A program made the position numbers and the translations under genes. From Actinomycetota bacterium (GTDB taxonomy: Bacteria; Actinomycetota; Actinomycetes; Actinomycetales; Microbacteriaceae): a stretch of DNA of 34,644 nucleotides. This document shows positions 21,031 through 29,469 of the stretch, in pieces; positions within the stretch are counted from its first letter, which is position 1; every line of letters begins with the position of its first letter. The stretch spans positions 1 through 34,644 of the forward strand of contig RFNI01000218.1 of NCBI GenBank assembly GCA_009927245.1. The letters are read 5' to 3'. Below the pieces are notes generated by a model. It worked only from the letters and a program-made list of their open reading frames with translations, was not told the DNA's origin and searched no databases.

Positions 21031-21479
21031 TGACGAGCGACCCACTCTTGAACAATTAGGGCTAGACGACGCTCGTTCTCGTGAGTTAGTTCATCTGAAA
21101 TCAGATCAACATTGATCCAGCGGATATCAACTGCTTCTCTATCTGGATCATTTTCAATAGTTAGTTCACCACCGGTTTGCTTCATCAAGAAGTGGTGAAC
21201 AGTTTTACTAATCACAGCTGTTGGAGTTGAGAACTCATATTTGATTGAACCCAGTGGCTCAATAATTTCAGCTTCTAAACCGGTTTCTTCAAGAACTTCT
21301 CTAAGCGCTGCAGCTTCAATAGTCTCAGTGCCTTCAAGGTGACCCTTAGGGATGCACCAGTCAATCCGACCACCACGATTACGGCGGCCGATGACAGCTA
21401 TGCGCGAAGACCCATCACCAGCTAAGACAAATCCCCCGGCTGAAGTCTCCTCGACGCGAGGTTTCGCTCGAGAGTTCAT
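21027..21479 (-). CDS. NUDIX hydrolase
   Basis: Nudix box PKGHLEGTETIEAAALREVLEETGL; ETSAGG; divergent from cca as in other Actinobacteria. Confidence 0.92.
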   Translation of the reverse strand: MNSRAKPRVEETSAGGFVLAGDGSSRIAVIGRRNRGGRIDWCIPKGHLEGTETIEAAALREVLEETGLEAEIIEPLGSIKYEFSTPTAVISKTVHHFLMKQTGGELTIENDPDREAVDIRWINVDLISDELTHENERRLALIVQEWVARQ

Positions 21480-21546
21480 GCTTCAAGCCTAACCCCGTGA
21501 GGTAATTCATCGGTGTATGAGGGATATCACGGGCATACTTAAATCA

Positions 21547-22965
21547 ATGCCAACAGTTCAAGAGGCTCTAGCCAATCTCCAGCGGACCACCGAGAGTCCG
21601 TTACTTGTTAAACTCGGCACACTGTTCACAGCTGCCGGTTATGAACTATCCCTAGTTGGTGGACCAGTTAGAGATGCTTTCCTAGGCAGAGAAACCAATG
21701 ACCTAGATTTCACTACTTCGGCAACGCCTGATGAGATCCTCGCTGTCCTCAAGGGCCATGTTGATGCTCATTGGGATATCGGCAGGGATTTCGGCACCAT
21801 CGGTGCTCGTATCGGCGATACCGCTGTCGAAATCACAACTTATCGAGCCGATCAGTATGACGCTGACTCTAGAAAACCTCACGTTGCCTTCGGTAAAGAC
21901 CTCAACGATGACCTATTTAGAAGAGATTTCACCGTTAATGCCATGGCTCTCAGGCTTCCTGAGGGGGTCTTCGTCGACCCATTCAACGGATTACAAGACC
22001 TAGTCGATGGCATCATCAGAACCCCTGGTAAACCTGAGGATAGCTTCAGTGATGACCCGCTAAGAATGATGAGAGCGGCTAGATTCGCCTCTCAACTGGG
22101 TTTCCTCATTCAAGATGAGACCTTTAGTGCCATGAAGGCCATGGCTGATCGCATCCAGATCATCTCTGCAGAGCGTATCCAGGTGGAACTTTCTAAGTTA
22201 TTGCTGGGCGCTAACCCTAGAGAAGGCCTAGAAGCCCTAGTTGATTCAGGATTAGCAGAACTTGTAATTCCTGAATTACCTGCCCTAAAGCTTGAGATTG
22301 ATGAGCACCACCATCACAAGGATGTTTATCAGCACACTTTGACTGTTGTTGAGCAGGCGATTGACTATGAGAAGGACTATCAGCTTCACAACGACCTAGT
22401 TCTTCGTTTAGCGGCACTGTTTCACGATATTGGTAAGCCTTCAACCAGAAAACTTGAATCTGGTGGAGGAGTCACCTTCTATCACCACGATGTTGTTGGG
22501 GCAAAGCTTGCTACCAAGCGTCTAAGAGAGCTGAAATTCGATAATGACACCATCAAGGCTGTCTCTAGGCTTATCGAATTGCACCTGAGGTTCTTCGGTT
22601 ACAGCGATCAGCCTTGGTCTGATTCAGCAATTAGGAGATACGTCAGGGATGCTGACGATCAACTATTTAGATTGCACGCACTAACTAGAGCCGATGTGAC
22701 TACCCGTAATCAGAGAAAGGCAGATCGTCTATCTCACGCTTATGACGATCTAGAAGAGCGCATTGCCAAATTGCAAGAAGAGGAAGAACTCAATGCAATT
22801 AGGCCTGATCTCTCTGGCGAACAGATCATGGAACTACTAAATATCACTCCAGGACCTGATGTTGGAGCTGCCTATCGGTTCCTCATGGAACTTCGTTTAG
22901 ATGAAGGTCCACTTGGTGAAGATATTGCTAAATCTCGCTTGCTTGCCTGGTGGCAATCAAGGTAG
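21547..22965 (+). CDS. cca: CCA tRNA nucleotidyltransferase with HD domain (likely start ATG 21547)
   Basis: VGGPVRD..DLDFTT, RRDFTVNAMA, DDPLRMMRAARF, SAERI, LFHDIGKP. Confidence 0.93.
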   Translation: MPTVQEALANLQRTTESPLLVKLGTLFTAAGYELSLVGGPVRDAFLGRETNDLDFTTSATPDEILAVLKGHVDAHWDIGRDFGTIGARIGDTAVEITTYRADQYDADSRKPHVAFGKDLNDDLFRRDFTVNAMALRLPEGVFVDPFNGLQDLVDGIIRTPGKPEDSFSDDPLRMMRAARFASQLGFLIQDETFSAMKAMADRIQIISAERIQVELSKLLLGANPREGLEALVDSGLAELVIPELPALKLEIDEHHHHKDVYQHTLTVVEQAIDYEKDYQLHNDLVLRLAALFHDIGKPSTRKLESGGGVTFYHHDVVGAKLATKRLRELKFDNDTIKAVSRLIELHLRFFGYSDQPWSDSAIRRYVRDADDQLFRLHALTRADVTTRNQRKADRLSHAYDDLEERIAKLQEEEELNAIRPDLSGEQIMELLNITPGPDVGAAYRFLMELRLDEGPLGEDIAKSRLLAWWQSR

Positions 22966-23024
22966 AGTAGTGAAGTTGCCCTGAAGAGACCCTGTGCTCT
23001 TTTGTTGGGTGACAACTGCATATA

Positions 23025-23070
23025 CCCTCCTGCCACGGAAACGCCGTGGCCGTTCTAGTCCAAAGGAGGT
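23025..23070 (+). ncRNA. S6:S18 ribosomal-protein leader (rpsF autoregulatory element)
   Basis: CCTCCT (23026-31) can pair with the SD AGGAGG (23064-69), enclosing hairpin GCCACGG-AAACG-CCGTGGC followed by CCG. This matches the described S6:S18-binding leader architecture. Confidence 0.75.
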
Positions 23071-23079
23071 GGGTTAGTC

Positions 23080-23475
23080 ATGCATAAATACGAAGTCATG
23101 GTCATTCTTGACTCAGACATCGATGAGCGTACCGTTGGTGCCAGCTTAGACAAATTCCTCAACGTAGTTCGTAACGGTGGAGGCACCGTTGACAGCGTTG
23201 ACATTTGGGGCCGTCGCCGTTTCGCTTACGAAATCAACAAGAAAACCGAAGGCATCTACGCCGTCCTATACCTGACCTGTCAGCCTGCTGAAGTTCTTGA
23301 GTTGGACCGTCAGTTGAAGCTCTCTGAAGCAGTTGTTCGCACCAAGGTGCTACGCGCTGAAGATGCAGTATTCAAGATCAATGCTGTAGTGGTTCCTGAA
23401 GTTAGCGCTGCTGAAAAGGCTGCTGACGAGAAGCCAGCTAGAGCTAAGAAGCCTGCCGCTAAGTCAGCTGAGTAA
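23080..23475 (+). CDS. rpsF: 30S ribosomal protein S6
   Basis: [35 protein letters not shown]. Confidence 0.98.
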   Translation: MHKYEVMVILDSDIDERTVGASLDKFLNVVRNGGGTVDSVDIWGRRRFAYEINKKTEGIYAVLYLTCQPAEVLELDRQLKLSEAVVRTKVLRAEDAVFKINAVVVPEVSAAEKAADEKPARAKKPAAKSAE

Positions 23476-23480
23476 TACTC

Positions 23481-23981
23481 ATGGCTGGAGAACTTACTAT
23501 CACTGTTGTTGGCAACCTAGCCAACGATCCAGAATTGCGTAACACCAATAGCGGTATTGCATTTGTTGGTCTAAACGTGGCTTCAACCCCACGTACCTAC
23601 AACCGCAACACCAATACTTGGGAAGACGGCGAGACTGTTTGGGTGAGATGTACCGCTTGGCGCGACGTTGCCGATAACGTAGCTCGTTCACTTACTAAGG
23701 GAACCAGAGTTATCGTCACAGGTCGCCTAAAGCCTGCTTCTGCCTACCAGGCAAACACCGGAGAAGCACGTGCTTCTATCGAAATGGAGATCGAGGAAAT
23801 CGGTCCTTCACTTCGCTACGCAACCGCAACCGTAACCCGCAAGGCTCGTGAAGCCGGTGCAGTTGACTCAAACGCCTGGGGTAACTCTCCAGCCGCACAG
23901 GTCACACCACCAGCAAACGATGCTTGGGCCAACCCAGGAGTTGATGGTGGCTTTGCCGCTGGCGACTCAACACCTTTCTAA
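23481..23981 (+). CDS. ssb: Single-stranded DNA-binding protein
   Basis: ITVVGNLANDPELR, VASTPR, EIGPSLRYATA, C-terminal PF. Confidence 0.97.
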   Translation: MAGELTITVVGNLANDPELRNTNSGIAFVGLNVASTPRTYNRNTNTWEDGETVWVRCTAWRDVADNVARSLTKGTRVIVTGRLKPASAYQANTGEARASIEMEIEEIGPSLRYATATVTRKAREAGAVDSNAWGNSPAAQVTPPANDAWANPGVDGGFAAGDSTPF

Positions 23982-24000
23982 GAATTCATAGGAGATACAA

Positions 24001-24264
24001 ATGGCAGCAAAAGTAAACAGCGACCGCGTCAAGAAGGGCAGTCGCAACGCCAAGAACCTAAAGCTTGCACCAGTCAAGCCAATCAAGGTCGGCGTAATTG
24101 ATTACAAGGACATCGCAACTCTTCGTAAGTTCGTGTCTGACCGTGGCAAGATCCGTTCTCGCCGCATCACCGGAGTTTCAGTTCAGGAACAACGTCTAAT
24201 TGCCCGTGCAGTAAAGAACGCTCGTGAGGTTGCACTTATGCCTTACGCTGGCGCTGGCAGATAA
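24001..24264 (+). CDS. rpsR: 30S ribosomal protein S18 (no cysteines, zinc-independent type)
   Basis: [30 protein letters not shown]. Confidence 0.97.
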   Translation: MAAKVNSDRVKKGSRNAKNLKLAPVKPIKVGVIDYKDIATLRKFVSDRGKIRSRRITGVSVQEQRLIARAVKNAREVALMPYAGAGR

Positions 24265-24277
24265 GTAGGGATGACTA

Positions 24278-24730
24278 ATGTCTAAAGTAATTTTGACCAA
24301 CGAGGTATCGGGCCTTGGCTCAGCCGGTGACGTTGTTGAAGTAAAGAACGGTTACGCACGTAACTACCTGCTACCTAGAGGCTTTGCAGTCATCTGGACC
24401 AAGGGTGGTGAGAAGCAGGTTGCATCAATCAAGGCAGCTCGCGACGCACGTGCTCTAGCAACCGTTGAAGAGGCTCAGGCTTTCAAGGATAGCCTTCAGG
24501 CTAACCCGATCAAGCTGGTTGTAAAGGCTGGAGTTGGTGGCCGTTTGTTCGGTGCAGTCAAGAACGGTGACGTTGCAGCAGCAGTTGCAGCAGCTGGTCT
24601 AGGCGAGATCGACAAGCGTAAGGTCGCTTTCTTCGCTCCAATCCGCACAACAGGTACATACGAGGCAACTGTAAAGCTGCACTCAGACCTAACTGCAACC
24701 CTGAAACTACAGGTTGTAGCTAAGAAGTAA
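24278..24730 (+). CDS. rplI: 50S ribosomal protein L9
   Basis: [28 protein letters not shown]. Confidence 0.98.
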   Translation: MSKVILTNEVSGLGSAGDVVEVKNGYARNYLLPRGFAVIWTKGGEKQVASIKAARDARALATVEEAQAFKDSLQANPIKLVVKAGVGGRLFGAVKNGDVAAAVAAAGLGEIDKRKVAFFAPIRTTGTYEATVKLHSDLTATLKLQVVAKK

Positions 24731-24743
24731 CTAGTTCTAAACG

Positions 24744-24780
24744 ATAGTGGCAGGCCCAAAAGCCTGCCACTATTGCTTTA
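24744..24780 (+). terminator. Terminator after rplI
   Basis: ATAGTGGCAGGC-CCAAAA-GCCTGCCACTAT (12-bp perfect stem) followed by TGCTTTA. Confidence 0.8.
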
Positions 24781-24802
24781 ACCAGGCTCGACACGCTCAA
24801 TC

Positions 24803-25014
24803 TGTGGATAACTCTGTGGAGAAGTCCTGAAATTTGTAGCAATTTCAAACATCTTTCAAAACCTTAATGCACAGGTTTAACCTTTCGTTAACGTTCAATA
24901 AAAATCGCTACAGGCCAATAAAGACGGGGAATTTCAGAAGTTATCCACAGTTTCTCCACTGCTTATCCACAATTTGTCCACAGTTGGGTCGGCGTGTTCC
25001 CCAGTTTATCCACA
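24803..25014. repeat. DnaA-box cluster upstream of dnaB
   Basis: TGTGGATAA 24803, TGTGGAGAA 24815, TAATGCACA 24865, TTATCCACA 24941, TTCTCCACT 24952, TTATCCACA 24963, TTGTCCACA 24974, TTATCCACA 25006. Confidence 0.88.
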
Positions 25015-25106
25015 GGTTAAATCACAGCCCTTATTGCACTCACAATGTCTATGGTGGATGCTACACATAAGTTCTAAAAGAAATTTGCTTTAAAAGAAAG
25101 AAAAAG

Positions 25107-26453
25107 ATGTCCATTGCACCAGTAGCCAAGGCCTTCAGATCTGAAGATCGCCTACTTCCTCACGACCTAAATGCTGAGCAAAGCACCCTAGGTGGAATGC
25201 TGCTGTCTGCAGACGTTGTGCACTCAATTCTTTCTGAAGGAAAGCTAAAGCCTAGAGACTTCTACGCACCTAAGCACGAACTTATTTACAGTGCCATTGC
25301 CGCTCTTGCAAACCACGGTGAACCAACAGACGTTATTACTGTCAACGCTGAATTATCAAAGATGGGCAAGCTCGCAACTATCGGTGGAGCTGAATATCTT
25401 CACGAACTAACATCGATTGTTCCAACTGCAGCAAGCGCAAAGTTCTATGCAGACATTGTTAGAGATAAAGCAGTATTGCGAAGACTCATTGAAGTTGGAA
25501 CAAGAATTGCACAGCGTGGATATGACGCTGAAGGTGAAGTTGAAGAACTAGTCAACGTTGCACAAAACGAGATATACACAGTTGCAGATGAATCAACCGG
25601 TGCTGACTGGACTCGACTTAGTAAAGCTCTTCAAGATGCTGCAGATGAAATCGAATTGGTTCAGAAGAACGATGGTCTATCTGGAGTTCCAACTGGCTTC
25701 ACGCAACTGGACAAAGACACCAACGGATTGCACCCAGGTCAGCTGGTTATTATTGCTGCACGTCCAGGTTTAGGTAAGTCAACACTTGCTCTAGACATTG
25801 CTAGAGAAGCAGCAATTAATAAGAAACTTGCAACTGCTGTTTTCTCCCTGGAAATGAGTACCACAGAAATTGCGATGCGCTTGCTTTCTGCTGAAACAGG
25901 AATTCTTTTGCAGAGCATGCGTAAGGGTGGAATCACTGACAACGAGTGGGCAATCATGGCCGAGCGTCGTAGCAACATCGGTGCTGCACCGCTAGTGATT
26001 GATGACAGCCCTAACCTAAACATCGTTGAGATCAGAGCTAAGTGTCGTCGAATGCTCAAAGAGTTTGATTTGAAGTTAGTTGTAATCGACTACATCCAGT
26101 TGATGACTTCAGGTAAGAAAGTTGAAAACCGCCAGCAAGAAGTTTCTGAGTTCTCAAGATCTCTAAAGCTACTTGCTAAGGAACTTAAGGTTCCGGTTGT
26201 TGCACTTTCACAGTTGAACCGTAAATCAGAAGATGGAACAAACAAGAAGCCAGAGTTATCTCAGCTTCGTGAATCTGGATCTCTGGAGCAAGACGCTGAC
26301 GTTGTAATTTTGATTCACCGTGACCTAAGTTCAGAAACTCCACGACCAGGTGAGGCAGAATTGATTCTGGCGAAGCAGAGAAACGGACCTACCGGTACTT
26401 CAACAGTATTGTTCCAAGGACAGTACTCACGCTTTGTAAATCCTAAGGAGTAG
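25107..26453 (+). CDS. dnaB: Replicative DNA helicase (no intein)
   Basis: PHDLNAEQSTLGGMLLS, Walker A AARPGLGKST, FSLEM, IDYIQLM, LSQLNR, LRESGSLEQDAD, KQRNGPTG. Confidence 0.97.
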   Translation: MSIAPVAKAFRSEDRLLPHDLNAEQSTLGGMLLSADVVHSILSEGKLKPRDFYAPKHELIYSAIAALANHGEPTDVITVNAELSKMGKLATIGGAEYLHELTSIVPTAASAKFYADIVRDKAVLRRLIEVGTRIAQRGYDAEGEVEELVNVAQNEIYTVADESTGADWTRLSKALQDAADEIELVQKNDGLSGVPTGFTQLDKDTNGLHPGQLVIIAARPGLGKSTLALDIAREAAINKKLATAVFSLEMSTTEIAMRLLSAETGILLQSMRKGGITDNEWAIMAERRSNIGAAPLVIDDSPNLNIVEIRAKCRRMLKEFDLKLVVIDYIQLMTSGKKVENRQQEVSEFSRSLKLLAKELKVPVVALSQLNRKSEDGTNKKPELSQLRESGSLEQDADVVILIHRDLSSETPRPGEAELILAKQRNGPTGTSTVLFQGQYSRFVNPKE

Positions 26454-26456
26454 TAA

Positions 26457-26980
26457 ATGAAGCTAGCGAACTTTCTTCGAGCAATTGTGTTCGCGGTCGC
26501 TGCAGCATTTCTAATCTTCAATCAAGATCACACGGTTACAACCGGCACACAGGTGCTGCAATTTGCTGCGACAGGTCTCGCATTTGGGGGACTGGTCCTG
26601 TTCAAACTTGACAAGTCCGAAGACAAAAAACTTTCTATTGTTTATCCCAGCGCAATCGCAACACTAGTTGTCTTTCTCACAATAATTTTCACCCAACAAC
26701 TGAGGAAGCATATCTAGCGGTCTTCACAGGGTTGCTTGCAATCTTCTCCGGCATGACAGCTGTTACAGAATTCTTCGCATCGAGAGCATCAGAGTCAGTG
26801 GACAAAATGGAGTTGAGAATCAGTGCTGGTATCGGTGCGCTATTTTGTTTGATCTTCTGGTTTGCACCATTGAACGGATTAAATGCTGTTGGCTTCTTCA
26901 GCGCATACATGGCAATCATTGCCGTTCAACGAGGAGTTTGGTTAGCGACACCTAAGACAAAGGAACAAAATGGCAAGTAA
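26457..26980 (+). CDS. Multi-pass membrane protein (HdeD/DUF308-like?), split by a probable 1-nt deletion at ~26692
   Basis: Two hydrophobic ORFs (26457..26717 and 26732..26980) join through TTC AC[C] CCA ACA ACT GAG GAA into a ~174-aa protein with ~6 TM segments. The family call is tentative. Confidence 0.6.
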
Positions 26981-27194
26981 GAAATCTGCGACGTCACTGC
27001 GGTCGATTCTTGTAATTTCATTCTTTAGCTCGGTCTTTGTTGGCCTGATTCTCTTGGGAGCTGTAGATGAGGTCAACACCATTTTTGCCTTTGCCATTGG
27101 GACTTTTGTATCAGTGGCTCTTGGGTTTGTGCTTTTGAATTGGGCGGCTAAGCCAGATGAGAACGTTGAGCCAGGTAAGCCAAGACTCAAATAA
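26970..27194 (+). CDS. Small two-TM hypothetical membrane protein
   Basis: 74 aa, SD AAGGA, overlaps the previous stop, two hydrophobic helices, followed by a terminator. Confidence 0.7.
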   Translation: MASKKSATSLRSILVISFFSSVFVGLILLGAVDEVNTIFAFAIGTFVSVALGFVLLNWAAKPDENVEPGKPRLK

Positions 27195-27201
27195 TCTAGT
27201 T

Positions 27202-27246
27202 AAAGATGAAGTCCCGTTGAGCTAGTCAAAGGGACTTCTTCTTTTT
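27202..27246. terminator. Bidirectional terminator between convergent genes
   Basis: GAAGTCCC...GGGACTTC stem with AAAGA on the left and TTCTTTTT on the right. Confidence 0.75.
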
Positions 27247-27251
27247 AGTTT

Positions 27252-29381
27252 TTACTTACGTCCTCTTACTACCAGCCAAGTTCCTGAAGCTGTCATAAAT
27301 AGAGCCATAATCGCAAGCGCATAGATTCCTGTGCCGCCACCTGTCTCCGGCAGCACTGGTTCTATTGGGTCTGGCACATCCGGGAGCGTCTCTCTAGCTA
27401 CGCTGGCGGTACATACAGTGCTTGTGTTAGTACCGGTCAGCTCTACCTCAGCCTCGCCAGCGGCGACCGCTTGTCCGTTAGAGGTGGTTGAAACAGCTGA
27501 AACCTGGATCAAACCATCTGGGACACTCAAATCACCAGGTTGGAGCGTTAGATCAGGACAGTTGGCCGAGGCAGTTAGGTTGAAACAGAGTTGCGGTGAA
27601 CCAGACTCAAACCTCACTGAAGCCGTTAGACGAGCAAGTAAAGCTTGGTCGATTTCACCTGCAGTTACCTGAAGAGATGGCTTTGTTCCAGACACAGCAA
27701 CACTTAGAGATTGCATGTTAATTACACCACTCGCATTCGGAGTTACATCTACCCACCCAGTGATCGGGTTTCCGTTCGTATCAAGGATTGTGACTTTCAA
27801 TTGACTAGCTGAAATACCTTCAGGGATGTTGAAATCAATACTTCCCCAATTAAGTAGTCGGTTGCTGTCGTCACAGGTTAGGCGAGGAGCAATCGCTGAG
27901 TATGGCATCTCGACCAATGGAACTTCCTGAGCACAACCTAGAAGACCAGTCTTGCCATTGAAGGTGTTGATCTGACCTGAGTTTCCATTAGTCCAAAGAC
28001 AGTTAGGAACGGATGGGTCAGGGAGGATTGCATAAATTTCATTTCCAACATTTGTACCAGCAAACCCAGCACATGCTGCTCCAGTTGTGTAGTTGAAGCA
28101 GAAGACATCTGTGGTAGCTGAACCCGAAGGGCCGTCGTTTAGGTAGATACGGTTATTCTGTTCACCCCACTGACCAGCGTTGTATGTGTTCCAATCTGGA
28201 AGTGGGTTATCTGACATCCAAGTAGATAGAGCTGTTGGAATTACATCTACCAGCGCACCGGATCCATTTATACACTGCTTGGTGTCGTACAAACACATAC
28301 CTAAAAGTGCTCCCGCAGCGTTTCTAACTGGGAATAGAGGGTATTGCCTTGCATTCACATCAAAGTCAATTGCATTACCACATAGCGCATTTGTTGCTGG
28401 GTTGTAGCATCCCATCTTGCCTAGTGTTGTCCAATAAACCTTATTGTCACCAGCGCTGGATGCTCGTCCGTGCATAGTGTAATTCCCGCTAGGGCCTGTA
28501 GATGGCAGTTGGAAACCATTGTTTGGACAAGCTGCAGCAGTTGCAATGTCGAAACACAATAGGGTCCACGAAAACTCATTCACAACATAAACCTTGTTGC
28601 CGATTCTTGTTGATGTGCTGAGAGCTTGTTGATCGTATACCGGGCCTAGTGCAACGAATGGAGTCTCACAAAGAACCGGAGATGATCCACTGTAATCAAC
28701 GCAGGCAAAACCACCTTGACCATCACTGGCGTTTGTTACAACAGCCCAAAGCTGTCTCTTGGTTCCATCCCAGAATGACTGAGATGCGTTACCTGTTTGG
28801 TATCCCTGGAACGTTGACACTCCACCAAAGCAAGCGTCACCAGTTGCTTTTACGTGACAGTCAATTCTTAGTGCACCATCGTGGTGGAAAATGTTGAACA
28901 CGTAATCTCCACCGAAGGTCAGATCGTAACCATCTCCACCAGAAGAGCCTTGAAAGTTTTGAGTTGTAACAACTACTCTGCTATCAGCAACGGTAACGAA
29001 TGTGTTGCCACCAGTTGAAGTTAGATCACCAACAGCGCGGATACCTTGCACAGTGCTTAGATCGCCAGGAGCAGTGGAACCCCAAGTAGTGTCACCAGTC
29101 TGATACTGAAGTGCCCAACCTTCAGGCGCAACGATTGACGAAGGGTCAGTTAGGTGTAGAGACTCTTTTGACCAAACTGCGGTAAGAGACTGGCTCAGCT
29201 GTCCAGAGACATCAATCGGAGTTGTGTTAACCACATTGATGACATCCCCTGACTGTATGGCGGTAGCCGCAGTACCGCTCTTGGTAACGGTGATAGTGGT
29301 GTCAGCTGCAAAGGCTGCTGTTGGTAATCCCACAATTGCAATAGCTAGTGCCGCTGCGAATATGCTCTTCACTTTAGACAT
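27252..29381 (-). CDS. Secreted Cys-rich cell-surface protein with LPETG sorting signal
   Basis: Sec signal ending AAFA; 18 Cys, mostly in paired repeats; Pro-rich linker; LPETG (27339-27353), TM helix and RGRK tail. Confidence 0.8.
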   Translation of the reverse strand: MSKVKSIFAAALAIAIVGLPTAAFAADTTITVTKSGTAATAIQSGDVINVVNTTPIDVSGQLSQSLTAVWSKESLHLTDPSSIVAPEGWALQYQTGDTTWGSTAPGDLSTVQGIRAVGDLTSTGGNTFVTVADSRVVVTTQNFQGSSGGDGYDLTFGGDYVFNIFHHDGALRIDCHVKATGDACFGGVSTFQGYQTGNASQSFWDGTKRQLWAVVTNASDGQGGFACVDYSGSSPVLCETPFVALGPVYDQQALSTSTRIGNKVYVVNEFSWTLLCFDIATAAACPNNGFQLPSTGPSGNYTMHGRASSAGDNKVYWTTLGKMGCYNPATNALCGNAIDFDVNARQYPLFPVRNAAGALLGMCLYDTKQCINGSGALVDVIPTALSTWMSDNPLPDWNTYNAGQWGEQNNRIYLNDGPSGSATTDVFCFNYTTGAACAGFAGTNVGNEIYAILPDPSVPNCLWTNGNSGQINTFNGKTGLLGCAQEVPLVEMPYSAIAPRLTCDDSNRLLNWGSIDFNIPEGISASQLKVTILDTNGNPITGWVDVTPNASGVINMQSLSVAVSGTKPSLQVTAGEIDQALLARLTASVRFESGSPQLCFNLTASANCPDLTLQPGDLSVPDGLIQVSAVSTTSNGQAVAAGEAEVELTGTNTSTVCTASVARETLPDVPDPIEPVLPETGGGTGIYALAIMALFMTASGTWLVVRGRK

Positions 29382-29469
29382 CTAAAAACTTTCCGTTGGC
29401 CTTGTATTCGTGTTGAGATGAACCTACCAAAGGAAGAACTTATTCATCTAACAAACTTGTAAAAAGAAA

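Noticed and set aside
24001-24264. Cysteine-free S18 as a zinc-starvation paralogue
   Set aside because: It sits in the core rpsF-ssb-rpsR-rplI operon, so it is the primary copy. I saw no Zur-type context.
24803-25014. Short repeats as a CRISPR array or a proven second origin
   Set aside because: The units are 9-mers matching the DnaA box, with no 25-40 nt repeats, spacers or cas genes. The trio/DUE module seen at 9125-9182 is absent, so origin activity is unsupported.
24867-25070. 67-aa ORF upstream of dnaB
   Set aside because: YPQ/LST/CPQ/IHR are translations of TTATCCACA repeats. The region is better explained as a DnaA-box array.
25107-26453. Inteins in DnaB or GyrA
   Set aside because: Both proteins are normal length with contiguous motifs and show no intein splice-junction signatures.
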